DNA of 63,795 nucleotides, filler included, from an uncultured Acidimicrobiia bacterium (lineage in GTDB: Bacteria > Actinomycetota > Acidimicrobiia > Spongiisociales > JAOTWH01), in assembly GCA_964347285.1 (NCBI GenBank). It is 6 parts of 6 records of this genome, joined end to end, with 100 filler letters (N's around TTAATTAATTAA, not from the genome) between each part and the next. Parts side by side here need not be neighbours in the genome. Positions count along the whole stretch, not along the records: positions 11,640 to 23,030 come from CAYFYE010000083.1; positions 23,131 to 34,471 come from CAYFYE010000084.1; 4 more parts are not named here. One strand, written 5' to 3'. Both the position numbers and the translations under genes were made by a program. Below, one piece after another: positions 19,672 through 27,429 of this stretch (within the stretch, counting starts at the first letter, position 1; each line of letters starts with the position of its first letter). The notes beneath the pieces were generated by a model. That model was given only the letters and a program-made list of their open reading frames with translations, was not told the DNA's origin and did not search any database.

Positions 19672-21675
19672 TTACGGCCGGCTGACCGCCAACCAGTCGA
19701 CCGCAACCCACTCGTCACCGTCCCAGATGAGGGGGTTGATCTCGACCTCCATGAGGTCCGAGCCGACGAACCCCCGGCTGAGGACGCTGACGATCCGGGC
19801 GAGCTCGCCGACATCGGCGGGTGACCGGCCCCGAACGCCTTCGAGAGCTTTGGCAGCGCGCAGCCGGTGCACCATGGCTCGGGCCGTCTCGGTATCGATC
19901 GGAGCCGCGGCGAACACGACGTCGCCGACCACCTCGGTGAAGACGCCCCCCAACCCGACCGACACGATCGGGCCGAAGGTCTCGTCTTCGATCGCGGCGA
20001 CGATCACTTCCAGGCCGGGCCGGTGCGGCTCAACTCGTACCCCCGTGACCGCGTGACCGGCGTCCCTTGCGGATCCGACCACATGCTCGTAGGCGGCCTG
20101 CACCGCATTGGCATCGCCGAGGTTCACCCTGACCCCGCCCGCCTCGGTCTTGTGGAAGAGGCCCGGAGCATCGACCTTCACCACCACCGGGTAGCCGAGG
20201 GCGTCGGCGGCCCGCGCCGCTTCGGCCGGGGAGGAGACCGCCGCCCCATCGATCAGCGGCAAGCCCCAGTCCTCGATGCCTCCCTCCAGCGGCGGCATCC
20301 CGGGCTCCGGCTCCCGGGAGCCGAGCCGGGACAGGCCGGAGAGCGCCAGGATCGCCGCCCGCGGCTCCTCGGTCACCGGGGCTCCGCCTTCGCGCAACGC
20401 CCCCAGGCCTGCGGTCGCCTGACTCCCGGCCATCCACAGATGAAGAACGACGGCGCCGGTCTCCAACGCCAGAAGCGAAGCGGCGCGCGCTTCGCTGTGC
20501 GAGGCCGGGTGAGGGGTGGAAACCGCGAGCACGATGTCGTAGTCGCCTGATCCGGCGACGGCCTCCACCGTCTGCGCGAAGCGGCTGGGGCCTCCGATGA
20601 TGCCGCCCATGTCGAGCGGGTTGCCGACCGCACCGTGGTCGAGCAGGGGACCGATCCTGTTCTGCAAGTGCTCACCGGGTGCGGGGAGATCCAGGCCGCG
20701 GCGCTCGGCCAGATCGGCAAGGAGGATCGCAGTGCCTCCGGAGTGGGTGACGATCGCCGAACGGCCGCCCGCTGGTCCATCGGTCCGGGCGATCATCTCG
20801 GCGACCTCGTAGGCCTCTCCCGGCGTCTCCGCGACAACGACATCCAGCGACTCGAGGATCCCGCTCAAGACCCCTGCGGGAACCGCCATGGCGCCGGTAT
20901 GCGACCGCAGGAGGGTCTCGGCGCGACGCCCGGAGCCAATCGTACAGGCGACGAGAGGCTTGCCTCTCGACCGCGCTCCTCGGATCGCCTCGACGAACGC
21001 AGCTCCGTCGCGCACCGTCTCGATGAGAGCAAGGACCACCGCCACCTCGTCGAGCCGGGACACGGCGTCGATGGCCTCCCCCAGTTGAATGTCCACCTCG
21101 TTCCCGGTGGACACCGAAACGGCGAGCCCCCCACCTCGCTCGGCAGCGAGATTGTGCAGATAGCTCCCCATGCCGCCGCTCTGGGTGACGACCCCCACCG
21201 GGCCGGAGCGGATCTCCTGGGCCGGCCGGTCGAGGCAGGTGAGGAAGCTCGCCGCCAGCAACCTGGCGGGCCGTATCACCCCGCCGCTGTTGGGCCCGAG
21301 CACGCGTGCACCCACCCGCTCGGCCGTTCGGGCGAGCGTGTGCTCGAGAGCGAGACCGTCGGGTCCCATCTCTCCGAATCCGCCGGCGAAGACGGCCACG
21401 GATCCTACTCCGGCACAGTCGCCTGCGACGTCGACCGTCGCCGCGGCGGGAACGGCGCAGACGACGAGGTCCGGTGGGACAGCCAGGTCGGACACCCGCT
21501 CCACCACCTCGATCCCTTCGATGGACGGCTGGCTCGGGTTGACGCCCGAAATGGTGCCGGGGTAGCCAAGTGCCCGAAGATGGTCGAGGACCCGCCCCCC
21601 ATGTTTCGCCGGATCGGCCGAAAGCCCCGCAATGGCGATCGACTCCGGATCGAGAAGTGGACGGAGCTCGCTCAT
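19672..21675 (-). CDS. ADP-forming acyl-CoA synthetase (acetate-CoA ligase family)
   Basis: LGPNSGG, TQSGG, STGNE, SHTGA, HKTEAGGV, EINPL. Confidence 0.88.
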   Translation of the reverse strand: MSELRPLLDPESIAIAGLSADPAKHGGRVLDHLRALGYPGTISGVNPSQPSIEGIEVVERVSDLAVPPDLVVCAVPAAATVDVAGDCAGVGSVAVFAGGFGEMGPDGLALEHTLARTAERVGARVLGPNSGGVIRPARLLAASFLTCLDRPAQEIRSGPVGVVTQSGGMGSYLHNLAAERGGGLAVSVSTGNEVDIQLGEAIDAVSRLDEVAVVLALIETVRDGAAFVEAIRGARSRGKPLVACTIGSGRRAETLLRSHTGAMAVPAGVLSGILESLDVVVAETPGEAYEVAEMIARTDGPAGGRSAIVTHSGGTAILLADLAERRGLDLPAPGEHLQNRIGPLLDHGAVGNPLDMGGIIGGPSRFAQTVEAVAGSGDYDIVLAVSTPHPASHSEARAASLLALETGAVVLHLWMAGSQATAGLGALREGGAPVTEEPRAAILALSGLSRLGSREPEPGMPPLEGGIEDWGLPLIDGAAVSSPAEAARAADALGYPVVVKVDAPGLFHKTEAGGVRVNLGDANAVQAAYEHVVGSARDAGHAVTGVRVEPHRPGLEVIVAAIEDETFGPIVSVGLGGVFTEVVGDVVFAAAPIDTETARAMVHRLRAAKALEGVRGRSPADVGELARIVSVLSRGFVGSDLMEVEINPLIWDGDEWVAVDWLAVSRP

Positions 21676-21786
21676 CGCGGCACGGGAATCAACCCGGAGC
21701 GGGGCCGAGCCAAGGGCTCAACGCCGCGCCGGGTCTCGATCGAGGTGATGCTCCCGTGAACCGGTGACCAAGCTGCAACCTCCACC

Positions 21787-22995
21787 TCAGGTTTGCTCGG
21801 GCCAGACTTTCACCACGCCCTCGGCGGCCAGAGCTCTCACCTTGGACTCCTCCAAGCCCAGGCGCTCGACCAGCACCTCGATGGTGTGCTCGCCCAGCAT
21901 CGGGGCCGGCTCATTCGGCCTTTCCCAGTCGCTGTACTTCACCGGGCTCGGGGGGTAGCGGACGGCGCCGAGCGTCGGATGCTCGTAGGTCTGGATCATG
22001 CCCCTCGCCTGTACCTGGGGATCCTCGAATACTTCACCGATGTCGTTGACGGGTGCATTGGGAATGTCGTACTCATCGAGGATCGTCAGCCATTCCGATT
22101 TGGTCCTGGTGCGGAAGACTTCGGCCAGGATCGGGATCAGATACTCTCGATTCGCCACGCGAGCCGCGTTGTCGATGGTGAGCGGATCGTCTTTGAGGTC
22201 AGGTCGACCTATGGCATTGCACAGGTTCCGCCAGAACTTCTCATCGCGGGCAGCGACGACAACGTATCCATCGCTTGTCTGAAACGCCTGCCACGGGACG
22301 ATGTGGGCGTGGGCCGTTCCGTGCCTCGTGACCTTTCTTCCCGAGTTGAGGTGATCGAGGGCGTCGTACGAGAGCATCGAGACGAGCGAGTCGAGCATCG
22401 CCACGTCTGCGTGCCGACCCTCTCCGTGCAGCTCCCTGCCCAGCAATGCGGCGAGCACGGAAACACAGGAGTAGATGCCGCCGGCAATGTCGGCAATTGG
22501 AATGCCAACCCGTGCCGGGTCGCCGTCTTCGGGACCCGTGATGTCCACATGCCCGCTGAAGGCCTGGATCACGAGATCGAAAGCCGCCTTGTCCCGGGCG
22601 GGGCCGTACTCACCGAACCCGGTCACGGAGACGGTGACTATGCGGGGGTTGTGCTCCTTGAGCGTGGCGTGGTCGATTCCGAGCCGCTCCATGACGCCCG
22701 GTCGGAAGTTGTCGATCACCACGTCGCCGCCTGCGACGAGGGAGTAGAACAACTCCAGGCCCCGCTCATCCTTGAGGTCGAGAACGACGCTCTTCTTCCC
22801 CCGATTCATGAACAGGTGGATGGAGCTCTCGCCGTGAAGAGGTGCGATGTTCGGGTTGCGAGCCGTATCGCCGGTGTGGGGCTCGATCTTGATGACTTCG
22901 GCCCCGAGGTCGGTCAGGATCACGCCGCCAAAGTTCCCAGCGATCACCTGCCCCAGCTCGAGGATGGTGATCCCAGAGAGCATCCCATCCGCCAT
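21787..22995 (-). CDS. class III CoA-transferase (CaiB/BaiF)
   Basis: DLGAEVIKIE, NRGKKS, NFRPG, ADIAGG, APMLGEHT. Confidence 0.93.
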   Translation of the reverse strand: MADGMLSGITILELGQVIAGNFGGVILTDLGAEVIKIEPHTGDTARNPNIAPLHGESSIHLFMNRGKKSVVLDLKDERGLELFYSLVAGGDVVIDNFRPGVMERLGIDHATLKEHNPRIVTVSVTGFGEYGPARDKAAFDLVIQAFSGHVDITGPEDGDPARVGIPIADIAGGIYSCVSVLAALLGRELHGEGRHADVAMLDSLVSMLSYDALDHLNSGRKVTRHGTAHAHIVPWQAFQTSDGYVVVAARDEKFWRNLCNAIGRPDLKDDPLTIDNAARVANREYLIPILAEVFRTRTKSEWLTILDEYDIPNAPVNDIGEVFEDPQVQARGMIQTYEHPTLGAVRYPPSPVKYSDWERPNEPAPMLGEHTIEVLVERLGLEESKVRALAAEGVVKVWPEQT

Positions 22996-23030
22996 GCCGA
23001 TCAGCGGATCCAGGTCGACGACGAGGCCAC

Positions 23031-23130
23031 NNNNNNNNNNNNNNNNNNNNNNNNNNNNNNNNNNNNNNNNNNNNTTAATTAATTAANNNNNNNNNNNNNN
23101 NNNNNNNNNNNNNNNNNNNNNNNNNNNNNN
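23031..23130. other. artificial contig linker
   Basis: N-run + TTAATTAATTAA + N-run. Confidence 0.98.
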
Positions 23131-23163
23131 CGAGGCGTCGGCTTCGTGCTCCGAGACTCGTGA
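23131..23163 (+). CDS. C-terminal end of an OmpR-family response regulator (MprA-like)
   Basis: RGVGFVLRDS* overlaps the kinase start (GTGA). Confidence 0.75.
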   Translation, partial: RGVGFVLRDS

Positions 23164-24545
23164 GTCTCCGGGGCCGCATCACGCTGCTGTCGGCGGGGGC
23201 CGTGGCGCTCGCCATAGCTGTGGCGGCGGCCATCGCCTGGTTGTCGGCCCGCAACGAGCTGCGCGGCGAGATCGACGCCTTCCTGCTGCAGCGGACTGCC
23301 CCCGTCTCGGCCATCGGGCCCGGCGATTTCGACAACGAGCTTTCCGAGCTGGCTCCGTTCCGGGGTCGGGGACCCCGGCGCGACCCCGGAGCGCTTCGCC
23401 TGGTCGGTTCCGATGCCCTGGTGCAGATCATCGGTCCCCGTGGAGACACGATCTTCGTGTTCTCGGAAGACTTCGTGCTCCCAGTCGAGGGCCGGGATCT
23501 GGCGGTCCTGGCCGGTGAGGACAAACGAGCCCTGCGCGATGTGACGGTGGCCGGAGAGGATTATCGGATGATCACCGTCCCGGGCCCGGGCGGGACGGCC
23601 GTACAGGTGGCCCGGTCCCTGGAGGAGACCAATGAGATTCTGAGCGGGTTGGCACTGCGCCTGACGGTCATCGGCCTGGCCGGTGTAGCGGTGGCCGCCG
23701 CCCTGGGCTGGGTAGTGGCGCGGCGTTCGCTCGTTCCGGTCGATCAACTCAGCGCCGCTGCCGAGCACGTTGCGGCTACTCAAGACCTGACCGCCCCCAT
23801 CGCAGTTGAGCGCCGCGACGAGGTCGGCCGCCTGGCCGAAAGCTTCAACACGATGCTGGCCGCCCTGTCCGATTCGCGCGACCAGCAGCACCGGTTGGTC
23901 ACCGATGCCGGCCACGAGCTGCGCACCCCGCTCACCGCTCTGCGCACCAACATCGAAGTGTTGCAGCGCAATCCCGACATGGAGCCGGCCGAGCGGGCCC
24001 GGCTCCTGACGGAAGCCACCACCGAAGCCGAGGAGCTCACCGCCCTGGTGTCGGAGCTCGTCGAGCTGGCCACCGATCGTCGCGCCGAGGAGCCCATCGA
24101 GGTTCTCCGTCTCGACGAGCTGGTTCGGGCCGCCGCGGATCGGACCGGCCGGCGGACCGCTCGGCGGGTCGTGGTCACCACCCAGGAGGTGAACGCCGAG
24201 GGCCGGAAAGCTTCATTGGACCGGGCGGTCTCCAATCTGCTCGACAATGCCCACAAGTGGAGCCCGGCAGAAGCCCCGATCGAGGTCGAGGTTTCCGACG
24301 GCCGGGTTGCGGTGCGCGATCACGGCTCGGGAATCCCCGAGGAAGACCGTCCCCACATCTTCGACCGTTTCTATCGGTCGACGCAAGCTCGGACCATGGC
24401 GGGGTCGGGCCTCGGCCTGGCCATCGTCAAGCAGGTCGTGGAAGAGCACAACGGCGAGGTGTTCGTCGAGGTCCCACCCGGCGACGGTGCCGTGGTCGGC
24501 TTTCGCATTCCGGTGCTCGGCTCCGGGGTTTCAGGAGATTCTTAA
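23160..24545 (+). CDS. HAMP-domain sensor histidine kinase (MprB-like)
   Basis: two TMs, HAMP, DAGHELRTPL, NLLDNA, DHGSG, FDRFYR, GSGLGLAIV. Confidence 0.93.
   Translation: MSLRGRITLLSAGAVALAIAVAAAIAWLSARNELRGEIDAFLLQRTAPVSAIGPGDFDNELSELAPFRGRGPRRDPGALRLVGSDALVQIIGPRGDTIFVFSEDFVLPVEGRDLAVLAGEDKRALRDVTVAGEDYRMITVPGPGGTAVQVARSLEETNEILSGLALRLTVIGLAGVAVAAALGWVVARRSLVPVDQLSAAAEHVAATQDLTAPIAVERRDEVGRLAESFNTMLAALSDSRDQQHRLVTDAGHELRTPLTALRTNIEVLQRNPDMEPAERARLLTEATTEAEELTALVSELVELATDRRAEEPIEVLRLDELVRAAADRTGRRTARRVVVTTQEVNAEGRKASLDRAVSNLLDNAHKWSPAEAPIEVEVSDGRVAVRDHGSGIPEEDRPHIFDRFYRSTQARTMAGSGLGLAIVKQVVEEHNGEVFVEVPPGDGAVVGFRIPVLGSGVSGDS
24529..24545 (+). promoter_or_regulatory. putative MprA-type direct-repeat site
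   Basis: TTTCAG-N5-TCTTAA about 45 bp upstream of 24591. Confidence 0.45.
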
Positions 24546-24590
24546 ACTCCGAATCCATCCTTTCCGAGGATCGGGAAACAGGAGAATCGC

Positions 24591-25235
24591 ATGCGCAAGG
24601 TCGTCCTCCTCCTCGTTGTCGTCGCCGCAGTGGTGGTCGGCGCCTATGCCGTGGCGGTGTCGGCTCAGGAGTCGCCCGAGGAGGGAGGCGCAGAACCCCC
24701 ACACCGGACCGCCCTGACCGATGTACTGGATCGACTCGTCGGGGACGGCATCCTCGATCGAGAACAGGCCGACGCGGTGCGCGAGGCCATCGAGGAACGG
24801 ATGCGGGAGTTCCACCACCCCTTCGGGCACAGGGGCTTCCACGGCGGCGCTCACCTGGAGACGGCCGCCGACGTGCTCGGCACCACGGTCGAGGACCTGG
24901 TCGCCCAGCTTCGGGAAGGTCAGAGTCTGGCCGACATCGCCGGCGACCAGACCGACCAGCTGATCACGGCGCTGGTGGCCGATGCCGAAGAGGGCATCCA
25001 GGCGGCCGCCGATGCAGGCCGGATCACTCAGGAGCAGGCCGACGACAAGATGGCCGATCTCACCGACCGCATCACTGCCATGGTGACCGGTGAAGCGCCC
25101 GCCGGCTTCCACGGCCACCCCTTCGGCGGTCATGGGTTCGGCCCCGGTCACGGGTTCGGCCCCGGTCACGGGTTCGGCCCCGGTCACGGGTTCGGCCCCG
25201 ACCGTGGCACCGCCACCGATGCCGTGAGCGCCTGA
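24591..25235 (+). CDS. secreted helical protein with His/Gly-rich tail (paralog 1)
   Basis: signal peptide; LETAADVLGTTVEDLVAQLREGQSLADIA; (GHGFGP)x4. Confidence 0.85.
   Translation: MRKVVLLLVVVAAVVVGAYAVAVSAQESPEEGGAEPPHRTALTDVLDRLVGDGILDREQADAVREAIEERMREFHHPFGHRGFHGGAHLETAADVLGTTVEDLVAQLREGQSLADIAGDQTDQLITALVADAEEGIQAAADAGRITQEQADDKMADLTDRITAMVTGEAPAGFHGHPFGGHGFGPGHGFGPGHGFGPGHGFGPDRGTATDAVSA
25128..25199 (+). repeat. 18-bp coding tandem repeat x4 (GHGFGP)
   Basis: GGTCAYGGGTTCGGCCCC x4. Confidence 0.95.
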
Positions 25236-25281
25236 GCCTCTCTGCTCCGATCTACCCGGCGCGTCCGCAGCAGTTCCAAAC

Positions 25282-25320
25282 TCTCAGGCCGTTCTCATGC
25301 AGCCCTCACCGGCCTCTCAT
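25282..25320 (+). promoter_or_regulatory. four MprA-like hexamers at 11-bp period
   Basis: TCTCAG-N5-TCTCAT-N5-CCTCAC-N5-TCTCAT upstream of 25367. Confidence 0.65.
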
Positions 25321-25366
25321 GTCCGTCATCCACAGTGGGTGCCAGCGATGACAGAAAGGAGTACCG

Positions 25367-25978
25367 ATGAAGAGGCTCATCGCTTTGGTGGCCGTCACGG
25401 CCCTGCTGATCGGCGGCATCAGTGCCGTTGCTCTGGCGCAGGAAACGGACGACGGCCAGTCCACCACCCCCGTCCCGACGAGAGAGGGAGTGCTCGGCAC
25501 CGTGCTCGACGAGTTGGTGGGCGCCGGCGTGCTCACCCAAGGACAGGCCGATGCCGTTCGCAACGCCATCCAGGAGAGGATCGCCGACATGCCCCACCGC
25601 CACTTCGGGCCCCGGGGTATGCGAGGCGCCCACCTGGAGACGGCCGCCGACGTGCTCAACACCACGGTCGAGGACCTGGCTGCCCAGCTTCGGGAGGGCC
25701 AGAGCCTGGCCGATATCGCCGGTGCCCAGACCGACGAGCTGATCACGGCGCTGGTGGCCGATGCCGAAGAGCGCATCCAGGCGGCCGCCGACGAGGGCCG
25801 GATCACCCAGGAGCAGGCCGACGACAAGATGGCGGGCCTCACCGAGCGCATCACCGCCAAGGTGAACGGGGAGGCTCCCGCCGGCGGCCCCGGCTTCGGA
25901 CGCGGTTTCGGCCCCGGCTTCCGCTTCGGGCCCCCGCCTGAGGTCGACGCGGAAGGAGCCGACGCCGTCAACGCATAG
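25367..25978 (+). CDS. secreted helical protein (paralog 2)
   Basis: signal peptide; core nearly identical to 24591-25235; RBS AAGGAG. Confidence 0.85.
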   Translation: MKRLIALVAVTALLIGGISAVALAQETDDGQSTTPVPTREGVLGTVLDELVGAGVLTQGQADAVRNAIQERIADMPHRHFGPRGMRGAHLETAADVLNTTVEDLAAQLREGQSLADIAGAQTDELITALVADAEERIQAAADEGRITQEQADDKMAGLTERITAKVNGEAPAGGPGFGRGFGPGFRFGPPPEVDAEGADAVNA

Positions 25979-25998
25979 CCCCCCCACACCCTCAGATC

Positions 25999-26050
25999 CC
26001 GGCGCCGCCCGACCTTCCCGCCTTGCGCCTTCCTCCCGGGGCGGCGCCGG
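25999..26050. terminator. hairpin between convergent genes
   Basis: CCGGCGCCGCCC pairs with GGGCGGCGCCGG (12 bp). Confidence 0.55.
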
Positions 26051-26083
26051 CGCGTCCCCTCACGAAGGGGCTCTACAGCGAAC

Positions 26084-26494
26084 TCACCTGGTTTCGTCGG
26101 CGGCTTCCACCTCGGCGGCGAATCCGTCCAGCTCACCGATCGAGGGCTCATGGGCCCACACCGAGACCCCCCTGAGCAGCTCCGGGTACCGCTTCTCCTG
26201 CCCGGGCTTCACCACGACCCGGATCGGAACGTCCTCGGGAACGTTCTCCTGGTAAGCGGCCAGGATCTCCCGGTGCAGCGGTTTGTCCAGATCGAACTCA
26301 AACACGATGCCGTGCGCCGAGTCGACCATGTCACAGCCTTGGCCGGTCAGGATCGGGCACACCACCCCGTCCCCCGGTCCGTGGCACACCATGACCGGAT
26401 GATCGATCTTCTCCAGGAACTGACGGGCGTAGCCGGCGTCGCCCGTCGCAGATACGTCGATGAGAATCGGGCCCTTGAACTCTTCCTCTGCCAC
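26084..26494 (-). CDS. hypothetical protein with CHGP-x4-CP-x6-C motif
   Basis: RBS AGGAGG; VMVCHGPGDGVVCPILTGQGC. Confidence 0.75.
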   Translation of the reverse strand: MAEEEFKGPILIDVSATGDAGYARQFLEKIDHPVMVCHGPGDGVVCPILTGQGCDMVDSAHGIVFEFDLDKPLHREILAAYQENVPEDVPIRVVVKPGQEKRYPELLRGVSVWAHEPSIGELDGFAAEVEAADETR

Positions 26495-26622
26495 GCCGAC
26501 CTCCTAGTGGCGCGATTCTGCGGATCCGCCGGGATCTACACCAGGGCCGGAGGTCCCAAGGCGAGCCGCCGCAGGCACCACAGTACCGTTCGCTCGCCGG
26601 CTGCCGTGTCAGGATCCCTGCT

Positions 26623-27429
26623 TCACGCGGGCCGATTGCCCCTTCCGCCGCCCCATTCCGTGTGGGCTTCGCCGATCACGGTATCGAATTTGAGGCCCAT
26701 CAAGACCACACCGGCGGCGCCCTCCTGGCGTGCTGCGTCGGCCGCCTCCTTGGCGGTGGTCCAGCCGAAGGTACGCCGCTTCTCCTTGGGGGTCGCCGCC
26801 AATCGAGAACGGAAGTCGTCAGTCACCGGCACCGTCCCGAGGCCTTCCATCCGCTCCACCCACGATGGTGAAAACGGCGGCACCACACCGAGGAAGATCG
26901 GAGGATCGTCGTCTCGCACCTTGAGCCGGGCCAGGTTGGGACCGACGGTGGCCGGGTCAAGCACCGGGCCGGCTACGAAGAACTCCGCCCCGGCATCGAT
27001 GCGGCGCCGCATGACCCATTCCTGAAAACGGGTGAGCATGCCCACCTCGAAGGGAGGGACCACTTCCTGCAACTCTTTGAGATGGGCCACGATCTCGAGA
27101 TGGTGAGCGAGATGGTCGACGGCCGGAAGCGAATCACCGGTCACCACCAAGAAGGAGTCGACTCCATTGCCGATGGCGCCCCGCACCTCGCTCTCGATGG
27201 AGAGAATGTTGCGGTCGCGGGTCGACACCACCACCGTGGGATGGACGCTCGGCACGTCGTGGGTCAGGCGGGCCGCATATGCATACGGCGAAACCCGGAT
27301 CTCCCGGAAAGGGTTGTCGGTCACCAGCGCCGCCTGCCAGCGATCGAGCAGCAGCACGTGAGACATGTCCGGATAGTGGGGAGGGTTCACCTCCACGATG
27401 TCGACCCACTCCTCTTTGGCGGTCAGCAT
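26623..27429 (-). CDS. divergent methylenetetrahydrofolate reductase-like protein
   Basis: EVNPP, VTDNP, TRDRN, LVVTGD, IDAGAEFF; coupled to metE (TGATG). Confidence 0.75.
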   Translation of the reverse strand: MLTAKEEWVDIVEVNPPHYPDMSHVLLLDRWQAALVTDNPFREIRVSPYAYAARLTHDVPSVHPTVVVSTRDRNILSIESEVRGAIGNGVDSFLVVTGDSLPAVDHLAHHLEIVAHLKELQEVVPPFEVGMLTRFQEWVMRRRIDAGAEFFVAGPVLDPATVGPNLARLKVRDDDPPIFLGVVPPFSPSWVERMEGLGTVPVTDDFRSRLAATPKEKRRTFGWTTAKEAADAARQEGAAGVVLMGLKFDTVIGEAHTEWGGGRGNRPA

